Shown here piece by piece: positions 7,945-16,285 of a DNA stretch of 64,000 nucleotides; the stretch's first letter is position 1, and every line of letters starts with the position of its first letter. The stretch is taken from NCBI GenBank assembly GCA_005882115.1, contig VBEG01000021.1, positions 25,498-89,497 of the forward strand, read 5' to 3'. The notes below the pieces were generated by a model. It made no database searches and was not told the origin of the DNA. It was given only the letters and a program-made list of their open reading frames with translations. The translations under genes and the position numbers were made by a program. Origin of the DNA: Chloroflexota bacterium. GTDB taxonomy: Bacteria > Chloroflexota > Dormibacteria > Dormibacterales > Dormibacteraceae.

Positions 7945-8253
7945 TCACTTGTGCGATATGCGGTCGATGATCTTCCACGCCTCGTCCCCCTCGATCCGCT
8001 TGCACACCCGACCGCGCAACTGCGCCATGGCGTTCGGCTGCAGCGGGTCGGTCATCGAGATCGAGACGCGTGGATCGCGGTCGAGATTTTGAGCCTTGCG
8101 TGATCTTGGACTCGTGAGCACCGCGACTCGTTCGCTTTCCAGACCGACCCACACCGGGACGCTGTGCGGGCTTCCGTGCGGAAGGATCGTCGCGATGTGG
8201 GCATTGCTCGGCGCATCGACCATCGCGCGCACCGCGTCAGGAAGCTCGTTCAC
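7945..8253 (-). CDS. PPOX-class (pyridoxamine 5'-phosphate oxidase-like, probably F420-dependent) protein; short C-terminus
   Basis: NAHIATILPHGSPHSVPVWV...RKAQNLDRDPRVSIS pattern. GTG start overlaps the upstream stop (GTGA 8250-8253). Confidence 0.65.
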   Translation of the reverse strand: MNELPDAVRAMVDAPSNAHIATILPHGSPHSVPVWVGLESERVAVLTSPRSRKAQNLDRDPRVSISMTDPLQPNAMAQLRGRVCKRIEGDEAWKIIDRISHK

Positions 8254-8801
8254 GTTGCGTCCACGTGGGGTCGATATGTGAGGAGAACGTTTCCGTTGCG
8301 AAAGTCACGCCGGCTCAGCAGCTTCAATAGGATGTGGCGCGTCGCCGAGCTCGCGAGCGATCTGCCCGAGCCGATCAGCACCGGGTTGATGATGATGCGC
8401 AGCTCGTCGAGCAGGCCCTGCTCGATGAGGCTTGTCGTGAGCACGGAGCTGCCCAGGACGAGAAGGTTCTGGCCTTTCTCACGCAGCTCGCTCGCTTCTT
8501 TGACCACCGTAGAGTTGTTCCATGCCGGTTCAGGCTTCTGAAGCGTGCGTGAGAGGACGATTTTCGGCGCCCGATTCATCCGCGAAGCGACCTCGCGATC
8601 GGTCCTGATCGCCTCCTCGCCCGGCCAGTACTGGGCCATCCCTTCGTAGGTCGAGCGGCCGAAGACGAGGCAGTCGAATTCATCCAGTTGCTTGATCGCG
8701 AACTCGTTGAACTCGTCGTCGACCTGGTGCCAGTCGATATCCCAGGGCTTGTCGCCCTCAAAGTAGCCGTCGAGGCTCACCATGATGAAGGAGGCGATCA
8801 A
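8250..8801 (-). CDS. RibD C-terminal / dihydrofolate reductase-like family protein
   Basis: IMVSLDGYFEG...LVFGRSTYEGM...LLVLGSSVL...DELRIIINPVLIGSG. The proposed TTG start overlaps the MFS stop (TTGA 8798-8801). An ATG at 8783 is the alternative. Confidence 0.7.
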   Translation of the reverse strand: MIASFIMVSLDGYFEGDKPWDIDWHQVDDEFNEFAIKQLDEFDCLVFGRSTYEGMAQYWPGEEAIRTDREVASRMNRAPKIVLSRTLQKPEPAWNNSTVVKEASELREKGQNLLVLGSSVLTTSLIEQGLLDELRIIINPVLIGSGRSLASSATRHILLKLLSRRDFRNGNVLLTYRPHVDAT

Positions 8802-10276
8802 GCCGCCGCCTCGCAACGCAGGCAACCCTCGTCGACCGCGGCCGCGGTCTGACTGCGCAGCAACCACGCCGAGGTGCCCAGGGTCACGACGACGATGCCG
8901 GCTCCGATCAGCCATGCAAGGTGGTATCCGCCCGCCAATGCGGTGGTGACATCGATGCCACTGCGGACCAACTCCAGCGAGCGGGAGCCGGCAAGCGTCG
9001 CCAGAACCGCAAGACCAAGCGCCCCACCGACCTGGCCGGTCGTGTTCAGAAGACCGGAGGCAAGGCCGGCGTCGGTCGGGTGCACGTCCGCCATCGCGAT
9101 CATCGTGAGCGCCGGAAACGCCAGCCCGCCTCCCAGCCCGAGCAGCACCATCGGCGCCAGCAGGTGGGTCACGTAGTTCGCGTCGGCCGGCCCGAAGCCG
9201 ACAATCCCGAGCGCCAGCCCGGCCACGACCTGGCCGGTCACCAGCATCGCGCCGGCGCCGAACCGGTTGATCAGCTGCGCCGAGAAGCGGATCGAGAAGA
9301 GAGCCATCACGATGGCCACGGGCAGGAAGGCGAGCCCAATCGCCATCGGGCCGTAGCCCAGCACGCGCTCCAGATCAAGCGAGCCGAGGAAGAAGAAGCT
9401 GAAGAACGAAGTCGACATCAGGGCCTGCACTATGTTCGTGCCGGCGACCTTGCGGGAGCGGAACACTCGCAGCGGAAGGATCGGGTTGCGACCGCGCGCC
9501 TGGCGCACGACGAACGCCCCGAGGAGCGCCACGGCGATGCCTCCGAGGACGAGCGTGCGTGACGAGCCAAGCCCATAGTCCGACGTCTGCACGATGGTGT
9601 ACACGCCCAGCATCAGCGCGGACGTGACCATGATCGCGCCCAGCACATCTGCTCCGTGGCCGAGGCCGATGCCCTTGTCAGAGTCCAGCATGCGAGCTGC
9701 CGCGATCGCGGTGATGATGCCGATCGGCAGGTTGACGAAGAAGATCCAGTGCCAGCTGACCGCCTGCGTGATCAGGCCGCCGGCGAGCAACCCCACAGCC
9801 GCACCGGCCGAGGCAACGAAGCTGAAGATGCCGAATGCCTTGGCGCGCTCGAGCGGCTCAGGGAAAAGGGTGACGATCATGGCGAGGATCACGGCCGAGC
9901 TCACCGCTCCGCCGATACCCTGGACGAAGCGCGCGCCGATCAGCATCGGCTGCGCGAAGGAAAGTCCGCAAAGCACTGACGCGCCCGTGAAGATAGTGAG
10001 GCCCACGAGATACACGCGCTTGCGACCCAACAGGTCCCCGACCCGGCCCGCGAGCAACAGCAGCCCGCCGAAAGCGATCAAGTACGCGTTGACGACCCAC
10101 GCCAGCCCTGACTGCGAGAAGCCGAGATCGACCTGGATCGACGGCAGCGCGACGTTCACGATCGTCATGTCGACAACGATCAAAAGAAAACCCGTGCAAA
10201 GAACGATCAGCGAGAGCCAGCGTGAATTCTTCATGCCCGGTTTAGACCCACCCGCGCTGCAAAACTCATCGGTCAC
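8798..10276 (-). CDS. MFS transporter, DHA2 (EmrB/QacA-like, 14-TMS) type
   Basis: Multiple TM segments. VDMTIVNVALPSI and LAGRVGDLLGRKRV motifs. The start may be the internal MKNSRW at 10234. Confidence 0.8.
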   Translation of the reverse strand: MTDEFCSAGGSKPGMKNSRWLSLIVLCTGFLLIVVDMTIVNVALPSIQVDLGFSQSGLAWVVNAYLIAFGGLLLLAGRVGDLLGRKRVYLVGLTIFTGASVLCGLSFAQPMLIGARFVQGIGGAVSSAVILAMIVTLFPEPLERAKAFGIFSFVASAGAAVGLLAGGLITQAVSWHWIFFVNLPIGIITAIAAARMLDSDKGIGLGHGADVLGAIMVTSALMLGVYTIVQTSDYGLGSSRTLVLGGIAVALLGAFVVRQARGRNPILPLRVFRSRKVAGTNIVQALMSTSFFSFFFLGSLDLERVLGYGPMAIGLAFLPVAIVMALFSIRFSAQLINRFGAGAMLVTGQVVAGLALGIVGFGPADANYVTHLLAPMVLLGLGGGLAFPALTMIAMADVHPTDAGLASGLLNTTGQVGGALGLAVLATLAGSRSLELVRSGIDVTTALAGGYHLAWLIGAGIVVVTLGTSAWLLRSQTAAAVDEGCLRCEAAA

Positions 10277-10316
10277 GAACCGATTAGTTAGAGGGGGGTA
10301 TTCCGTCTAAACGTCG

Positions 10317-10526
10317 ATGGCGACCGAGACGGTCATCCTGGACTGTGCCCGATTCAAGCGTCCGGACATCGCCACGATCGACCGCATCGCACGGACCCGG
10401 CTGGACGCCAGCCGCCGCGGCTGCGAGCTGCGGCTGCGCAATCCAAACGCCGCCATCCTGGAGCTGATCGCGCTCCTGGGGCTGGAGCGAATCCTAGGCG
10501 TCGAGGTGCAGGGGCAGCCCGAATAG
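10317..10526 (+). CDS. short STAS-like protein ending at an in-frame TAG (possible pseudogene)
   Basis: PDIATIDRIARTRLDASRRGCELRLRN...ELIALLGLERIL resembles small actinobacterial STAS-like proteins. Ends GQPE-TAG, and the same frame continues REQLRRVEEERELADP. The 3' end is antisense to the sigma gene. Confidence 0.4.
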   Translation: MATETVILDCARFKRPDIATIDRIARTRLDASRRGCELRLRNPNAAILELIALLGLERILGVEVQGQPE

Positions 10527-11474
10527 CGGGAACAGCTTCGCCGTGTCGAGGAAGAACGTGAACTCGCCGATCCGCCCTCCCGAGATGTCGAGCACCTGCA
10601 GGGCCCACGGGTCGAAGCCGCCGTTCGGGCTCGGCTTGTACTGGCCGAAGGTCGGCATGCCGTTGGCACTGATGGTCGGGATGACACGCGATCCCTCGCA
10701 GCCAATGCCCGGTCCAAACCACCACTTGAGGATGTCGTCGCGGCCACTCAGCCACATGTCGTAGGGCGGCATGGACTGCCTGGCGTCTTCCCGGATCAAG
10801 CTGGTCAACGCGCTGAGGTCGTACGCCTCGAACGCGGCGACGTACCGCTCCAGCATGGCGCGGTCCGCGGCGCTCAGGGGCTGAGCGCGGGTGGCGCCGT
10901 CGGCGTTGCCCTTGGCGAGCGTCGCGCGCGCGCGCTGCAAGGCGCTGTTGACGGACTGCACTGAGGTGTCCAGGAGCTCCGCGACCTCGGTCGCCTGCCA
11001 GTCCAGGACCTCGCGGAGGATCAGCACCGCCCGTTGCTTGGCGGGTAATTGCTGCAGCGCAGCCACGAACGCGAGGCGGATCGATTCGTTGGCCACGGCG
11101 ACATCCGCCGGATCGCGGTCGGGCGCGATCAGGCTGAGCGGGATCGGCTCTAGCCATGTGACCTCAGCGGGGACATGAAGGTTGGCCTCGATCGGTTCGC
11201 ACGAGGGGCCCATGTCCATCGGCCGCTCGCGGCGCTCCTTGCCCTTGAGCACGTCCAAGCAGACGTTGGTCGCGATCCGGTACAGCCAGGACCGCATCGC
11301 CGAGCGTCCCTCGAACTTGTCGCGGCTGCGCCACGCGCGGACAAAGGCATCCTGCACCGCGTCTTCGGCGTCGAAGGGCGACCCGAGCATCCGGTAGCAG
11401 TACGCCGTGAGCTCGCCGCGGTACCTCTCCAGGTCGCCAAACGAATGGGCAGCCGAGAGCGTCGAGGTCTCCAT
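10494..11474 (-). CDS. ECF sigma factor with C-terminal SnoaL-like extension (ECF41-type)
   Basis: Sigma-2 region (AEDAVQDAFVRAWR), WLEPIP linker, sigma-4 (LPAKQRAVLILREVLDWQATEVAELL), then a ~110-aa NTF2/SnoaL-like tail. Confidence 0.8.
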   Translation of the reverse strand: METSTLSAAHSFGDLERYRGELTAYCYRMLGSPFDAEDAVQDAFVRAWRSRDKFEGRSAMRSWLYRIATNVCLDVLKGKERRERPMDMGPSCEPIEANLHVPAEVTWLEPIPLSLIAPDRDPADVAVANESIRLAFVAALQQLPAKQRAVLILREVLDWQATEVAELLDTSVQSVNSALQRARATLAKGNADGATRAQPLSAADRAMLERYVAAFEAYDLSALTSLIREDARQSMPPYDMWLSGRDDILKWWFGPGIGCEGSRVIPTISANGMPTFGQYKPSPNGGFDPWALQVLDISGGRIGEFTFFLDTAKLFPLFGLPLHLDA

Positions 11475-11510
11475 CCAGCCGATTTTAAGAGCTAGGCGGC
11501 GGAGCTTTCT

Positions 11511-11723
11511 TCAGGCGGTTTCGGAGGCCGGTTCGGCAGGCTGGTCGTCGAGCCAATCCATTCCGCAGTTGAATGCGTGCTCGACGCTGTCGTGACTGTG
11601 CGAGCACCCCCACTTGCACTCGCGAAAGCGGTCTGCTTCGTCGTACGCCTCCGCGCGGTAGACCAACGCCGGGATGACGCCCCGGCCTGGCGGGCCGTGC
11701 GAGGCCATGACCCGGATCTTCAT
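11511..11723 (-). CDS. small Cys/His-rich hypothetical protein upstream of the sigma gene
   Basis: 70-aa ORF (MKIRVM...) containing CKWGCSHSHDSVEHAFNC. Same strand as the sigma gene, 36 nt upstream. Confidence 0.35.
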   Translation of the reverse strand: MKIRVMASHGPPGRGVIPALVYRAEAYDEADRFRECKWGCSHSHDSVEHAFNCGMDWLDDQPAEPASETA

Positions 11724-11809
11724 AGCCACGGGGCCCACCCTAAGACGCCTACGCCCGGGTTGTCATCGTTCAATTGAAGTATCGGTCGAGGCCTGAATTC
11801 GTATTCAAA

Positions 11810-12256
11810 TCAAAAAGGTTTGAAGGCCATGAGCCCGAATAGCATCACCAACGCCGGCACGCCGATCCATAGGGCAAGCATGGGCTTGGCGCTCGCAAGT
11901 CGCGCCGCGATCGCCTCGTTCGGATCCTTCATCGCGTCACGCGCCATGTAATAGGGACGAGCCACATAGACCATCGCCGCGAAGACCACGATCAGCAATG
12001 CCAGCGACGCCCATGGCCAGACCCTGCCGGACCAGTGTCCGGCAAGCGTCATCCAGATCCCCGTGACGATCACGAGCAGGATCGCGGGGCTGGATAGAAA
12101 AGACGATTGCTGGGAGAGCCAGAGGAGCGAGCGGGTCTGCTGCGAAACCGGTCCGCGCAACAGGAACGACGCGCCGCCGGACACGCCATGGGCGAAGAGG
12201 AACGTCCCCACCGCGAGGACGTGGACGAAGAACAGCCACGTGTACAGGGTCGGCAT
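11810..12256 (-). CDS. integral membrane protein (DUF2269-like, 4 TMS)
   Basis: MPTLYTWLFFVHVLAVGTFLFAHG... with four hydrophobic segments. ATG at 12256. Confidence 0.6.
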   Translation of the reverse strand: MPTLYTWLFFVHVLAVGTFLFAHGVSGGASFLLRGPVSQQTRSLLWLSQQSSFLSSPAILLVIVTGIWMTLAGHWSGRVWPWASLALLIVVFAAMVYVARPYYMARDAMKDPNEAIAARLASAKPMLALWIGVPALVMLFGLMAFKPF

Positions 12257-12316
12257 CGGCGTGATCCTAGGTGATCCGGCTTCCAAGCTCCCGGCGGAAG
12301 TCGTCGATCGTGATCG

Positions 12317-12952
12317 TCATGTGACCAGCGAAAGCACGAGCAGAGCCTCGCCCACGTGGTAGGGCACGATGTTGACGATCCGGCTGCTCGGGACCGGCCT
12401 CACGAATCGATTCCACGCCAGGATCGCGTCCGAATAGAAGAAGAGGAGAGCGCCGCCGAGCGCAACGAGGGATCCGGTGCCGCCCGCCGACGCGACCATG
12501 ACTACGAACACCGCGACGTAAACAATGACGGGAGCGACAAGCTTCGGACTGCTGTTGCGAAGGGCGCGATAGATCGGCGGCAGGAAGACGGCGACCGAGG
12601 CCAGCGCTACAACGAACGCGATCGCAAGCAGCGCGACGTTGACGTTGCGGGCGCGAAAGCCCGCGATGTACGCGATGTGCTCGACCAGCGCGGCGACCAG
12701 GCCTGCCACGAACATGTCCTTCGGCAGCATCAGAAAGACATCGCTGGCCATGCCGAGCGCGAGGGCGATGACGAAGAAGGCCCGCTCGGCCGGGCTTGTC
12801 GGGCGCAGCGCGAGCGCGACGGCGATCAGGCCGATCATGACCGCGGGCTTGGCGACGTATTCGAGCCGCCGGGTCGACGCGACGACGGCCACCCAGTCCG
12901 CGATGGCGACCACGCCCGTGCCCGCCAGCAGGACCAGGGCGGTCCCGCTCAC
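12317..12952 (-). CDS. YhhN-family (lysoplasmalogenase-like) membrane protein
   Basis: Polytopic, with YVAKPAVM, SDVFLML and EHIAYIAGF motifs. GTG start overlaps the TetR stop (GTGA 12949-12952). Confidence 0.65.
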   Translation of the reverse strand: MSGTALVLLAGTGVVAIADWVAVVASTRRLEYVAKPAVMIGLIAVALALRPTSPAERAFFVIALALGMASDVFLMLPKDMFVAGLVAALVEHIAYIAGFRARNVNVALLAIAFVVALASVAVFLPPIYRALRNSSPKLVAPVIVYVAVFVVMVASAGGTGSLVALGGALLFFYSDAILAWNRFVRPVPSSRIVNIVPYHVGEALLVLSLVT

Positions 12953-13542
12953 GGGCGAGTTGCGTGCGGGTCCGTGAAGTAGCGTTGCAAGGTGGGTCCG
13001 ATCCAGGCCGCGAGCTTGGCCGGGGGCGCTGAGGCGAGCGGCTCGACCTTCACCACGTAGCGAAGCATGGCCAGCCCGATCAGCTGACTGGCCGCGAGGC
13101 TGGCCCGAACTTGAGGGTGGTCGAGCTCGAGCGCCTGGGCAACCCGGGCCAGGATCTCCCGGCTGACGAAGTCGCGCATCAGCGCCGCGGCGCTTTCGCT
13201 GGTGACCATCGAGCGCACGATGGCGTGGGCGCGGACGCCCGCCGGTGAATCCCAGATGTCGATGAAGAAACGGGCCAACCGGACGCCGAGCCCGTCCAAC
13301 CCCGGCCTCAGCAACTCAGGGATGGCCTGCGCCGGGTCGAAGGGAAAGTCCATCGCTGCCTGGAAGATCCCTTCTTTCGACTCGAAATAGTGAAGGACCA
13401 GCTTCGGATCGACGTGGGCGCCGGCGGCAATGCCGCGGATGGTCGTGCTCTCGAAGCCGGATTTGGCGAACTGGGACCGCGCGGCGGCGAGGATCTTCTC
13501 CCGCGTGCGGCCTGGCCCGGGCCTCCTACCGGTCCGCGCCAT
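12949..13542 (-). CDS. TetR-family transcriptional regulator
   Basis: N-terminal HTH: TREKILAAARSQFAKSGFESTTIRGIAAGAHVDPKLVLHYFESKEGIF. Confidence 0.85.
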   Translation of the reverse strand: MARTGRRPGPGRTREKILAAARSQFAKSGFESTTIRGIAAGAHVDPKLVLHYFESKEGIFQAAMDFPFDPAQAIPELLRPGLDGLGVRLARFFIDIWDSPAGVRAHAIVRSMVTSESAAALMRDFVSREILARVAQALELDHPQVRASLAASQLIGLAMLRYVVKVEPLASAPPAKLAAWIGPTLQRYFTDPHATRP

Positions 13543-14497
13543 GCGCCGCGCCGCGACGTGTGACCAGGGCGCCCAGCAGCATCAGCACGAGGCCTGCGGC
13601 GAGCCACAGGCTGAGCACCGTCACGGGTGTGCTGACGCCCGCGCTCTCGAAGTACAGCGCGCCGCGGATCCCGCTGAACAGCTGTCCGGCGGGCATCCCG
13701 GGCGCGAGCCAGCGATAAGCGTCGGGCAGCAATTGGCTGCCGATCGGGCCTCCCGAGCAGACAAGATCGATGAGCACGGCCACGAGCGCGGCCAGCGCGA
13801 CGCCAGGCCTTCCCAGCAATGCGGCCGCCCCGGCGACCACCGCACCGATCGCGGCCGACCCGAGCGCGACGAGCGCGGTCGCGGTCCAGAATCCGGAGCC
13901 GTAATCGCCGGCGATCCACGTCGCGACGCCCATCGCCACCGGAGCGGCGACGATCGCGTAGACGACGACCAGGGCCAGTCGCTCGGCAAAAGAAACCCCA
14001 CGACGCAAGCCCGCGAGCGCCTGCGCGATCAATGTCGAGACAAGCACCGCGAGGATGACGAAGAACAGGATCAGGCCGTGCGGGTCGCCGGAGGCAAAGG
14101 GATGCACGGTCTCGACAGCGATCGTCTGGCCCTGGGACTGGAACACGCCGCTGAATACGCCGGTGATGACGCCGGTCGCGCCATCCCCCGCGGCGCCGGC
14201 AATGATCAGATGAGGACCGCCGCTTCCGAGGACCAGCGCTCCATCGATATCGCGCGCATCGATGGCCGCGCGTGCGTCGGTCTCGGTCCCATAGGTCGTG
14301 AAGTGGAACGCCCCCGGCGCGTTGGTCGCGAAGGCGGTTGCGATCTGCTGGGTCGCGGGCGCCGGGCCGACCAGGCCAACAGGGATATCGTGAGGAGATG
14401 GGCTTTTGATCGCCGGACCGATCAGGCCGATCAGCGTGACGAGAGTCAGAAGGCCGGCCACCACCGGCTGAACGAGAGTCTCCAGCTTTTCACGCAT
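13526..14497 (-). CDS. polytopic membrane protein with large extracytoplasmic loop (ABC-2 / YhgE-Pip-like permease architecture)
   Basis: An N-terminal TM, a ~130-aa loop, then 5 TMS. First gene of the TetR operon. GGGAGGGG lies upstream of the ATG. Confidence 0.5.
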   Translation of the reverse strand: MREKLETLVQPVVAGLLTLVTLIGLIGPAIKSPSPHDIPVGLVGPAPATQQIATAFATNAPGAFHFTTYGTETDARAAIDARDIDGALVLGSGGPHLIIAGAAGDGATGVITGVFSGVFQSQGQTIAVETVHPFASGDPHGLILFFVILAVLVSTLIAQALAGLRRGVSFAERLALVVVYAIVAAPVAMGVATWIAGDYGSGFWTATALVALGSAAIGAVVAGAAALLGRPGVALAALVAVLIDLVCSGGPIGSQLLPDAYRWLAPGMPAGQLFSGIRGALYFESAGVSTPVTVLSLWLAAGLVLMLLGALVTRRGAAHGADR

Positions 14498-14509
14498 TGC
14501 GTCCCCTCC

Positions 14510-14533
14510 CAGAATTCAACGTGCGTTGAATTC
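14510..14533. promoter_or_regulatory. candidate TetR operator: 11-bp inverted repeat AGAATTCAACG-TG-CGTTGAATTCT
   Basis: Perfect AT-rich palindrome 13-36 nt upstream of the operon start codon, overlapping the predicted -10. A third GAATTC lies at 14544-14549. Confidence 0.6.
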
Positions 14534-14558
14534 TACGCCTGATGAATTCTTGGCGTCA
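14529..14558 (-). promoter_or_regulatory. sigma-70-like promoter TTGACG-18-TAGAAT for the membrane/TetR/YhhN operon
   Basis: On the minus strand, TTGACG (14558-14553), an 18-nt spacer, then TAGAAT (14534-14529). Confidence 0.45.
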
Positions 14559-14576
14559 AGGCCGCAGAGGTCGCTG

Positions 14577-15461
14577 TCAGCCGCCCAGAGCCTGAAGCAG
14601 ATCCTTCAACTGCGCCGTCTGCCAGTCCTGGAAGGTCGCGCGGGCCGGCGGCATCGTCTCGGTGAGGCTGACGACAGGAATGGCCTTGGCCCGTGCCTTC
14701 GCCACCAGGCCCTGGACCTCCGGCGTCGAGTTCTGCGAGTTGTAGACAAACACCTTGATTGCCCTCGTCGCGATCTGGCTTTCGACCGTGGCCCTATCGG
14801 CCGCGCTCGGATCAGCCCCCTCGCTGATCGCGTTCAGGTAGCCCGGCGGCGTGATCAGGTTGAGTCCGGTTCCTTCGGCCAGGTAGGCGAAGATGCTCTC
14901 GGTCGCGCCTACCTTCGTGCCCCCGTACTTCTGCCTGATTGCGCCAATCGTGTCGTGGTAGCTCTTCAGGCCGATACCTTTGTAGTCCGCCGCCTGGCGT
15001 TGGAAGTACGCCGCGTCGGCGGCGTCGAGCTTGCCGAGGTCGGAAGCGACCTGCTCCACCGCCTGGTCGACATAGGACGGCGAATACCAGAGGTGCGGGT
15101 TGTCGCCCACCTTCTTGCCGACCAGGTCGCCGACAGTGAGCACGATCCGGGCCGGCGCCGGATTCGCGTCCAACAGCTTGGCGGCCCACGCGTCGTAGCC
15201 CACGCCGTTGACGATCACGTACTTCGCCTGCGCGATCGTTCTCGCGTCCTGAGGCGTCGGGTCGTAGTCGTGGGGGTCGGTGTCCGGGTTGGCGATGATG
15301 CTCGTCACGGCTGCGTGCTCGCCGCCGACCTGGGCCGCGATGCTGCCCCAGAAGTTCTCCACGGCCACGACCGGCACCTTGCCAGAAGCCGAGCCGGTCT
15401 GAGCGCTCAACCCGCAACCCGAAAGCAATACCAAGGCGACGAGGCTTCCCAACACTTTCAT
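14577..15461 (-). CDS. metal ABC transporter substrate-binding lipoprotein (TroA/ZnuA cluster-9 type)
   Basis: Signal peptide plus lipobox (LLSGCG). NPDTDPHDYDP and DNPHLWYSP metal-site motifs. The 614-aa track ORF is a spurious 5' extension. Confidence 0.8.
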   Translation of the reverse strand: MKVLGSLVALVLLSGCGLSAQTGSASGKVPVVAVENFWGSIAAQVGGEHAAVTSIIANPDTDPHDYDPTPQDARTIAQAKYVIVNGVGYDAWAAKLLDANPAPARIVLTVGDLVGKKVGDNPHLWYSPSYVDQAVEQVASDLGKLDAADAAYFQRQAADYKGIGLKSYHDTIGAIRQKYGGTKVGATESIFAYLAEGTGLNLITPPGYLNAISEGADPSAADRATVESQIATRAIKVFVYNSQNSTPEVQGLVAKARAKAIPVVSLTETMPPARATFQDWQTAQLKDLLQALGG

Positions 15462-16285
15462 GCGAGTCGTCCAATCCGCGACATGCGGCGCGCGAGATGT
15501 GACGCCAGGTACAGGACAAAGGCGAGGCCGGTGATCAGGAAGCTCGCCGGCAACGCGATATAGAAGGCGACGACGAGCCCGAGCCAGACGACGGCGACGG
15601 CGATACCGGCGGAGAGCGCCATTCCCACCCATGGACGCGTCGACAGGTTCTGCGCGACCGCCGCCGGGGTGACCATCAGGCCGAAGATCAGCAGAGCACC
15701 CACCGCCTGGACCGACTCCGCGACGGTGACCGCGACCAGGACGAAGAAGAGCGCCGACAATGCACGCGAGGGCACACCCCGCGCGACCGCCACCTCGGGA
15801 TCGACGCTGAGGAAGAGCAGAGGACGCGCGATGAGGAGCAGAACGACGGCGGTCGCGATACCGGTCAGCGAACCGACGACAACCTGCGCCGGCTGCAGGC
15901 CCAGGATCGACCCGAAGAGCACGCTGACACCAAGGGTTCCCGACGCGGCGCTGCGCGCGGTCGTATACAGGCTCAAGAACAGCGCGCCCACGCCCAGCAC
16001 CCACGCGAAGACGGTGCCGATCGCGATGTCGCGGCCGCGGCCGCGGCCTCCCAACGCGCCGATCGCGAGCGCGACCGCGATACAGCTGCCGAAGACGCCC
16101 GCCAGGAGGTTGAGCCCGGCAAGCACGCCGCCCAGACCGCCCGTGAACGCCACGTGGCCCAGCGCGTCGGCGGTGAAGACCTGGTTCCGCAGGACGACGA
16201 AGTAACCGACGAGCCCGGCCGCCAGCGCGATGCACCCACCCGCCATGAACGCGTTCCGCATGAACTCGAGTCCGAGCATGCTCAT
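15458..16285 (-). CDS. metal ABC transporter permease (TroD/ZnuB-like)
   Basis: ABC-3 family pattern (LEFMRNAFMAG...) with 8-9 TMS. ATGA overlaps at both ends. Confidence 0.8.
   Translation of the reverse strand: MSMLGLEFMRNAFMAGGCIALAAGLVGYFVVLRNQVFTADALGHVAFTGGLGGVLAGLNLLAGVFGSCIAVALAIGALGGRGRGRDIAIGTVFAWVLGVGALFLSLYTTARSAASGTLGVSVLFGSILGLQPAQVVVGSLTGIATAVVLLLIARPLLFLSVDPEVAVARGVPSRALSALFFVLVAVTVAESVQAVGALLIFGLMVTPAAVAQNLSTRPWVGMALSAGIAVAVVWLGLVVAFYIALPASFLITGLAFVLYLASHLARRMSRIGRLA

Noticed and set aside
7778-8253. Possible frameshift or truncation of the PPOX-class gene (102 aa, ends right after ...DRISHK)
   Set aside because: The family is usually 130-150 aa, and an alternate frame continues (…RPYGPDDSRPQTSWGKVV…). 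That continuation does not convincingly match the family C-terminus as I remember it, and it would run into the convergent gene. It cannot be decided without an alignment.
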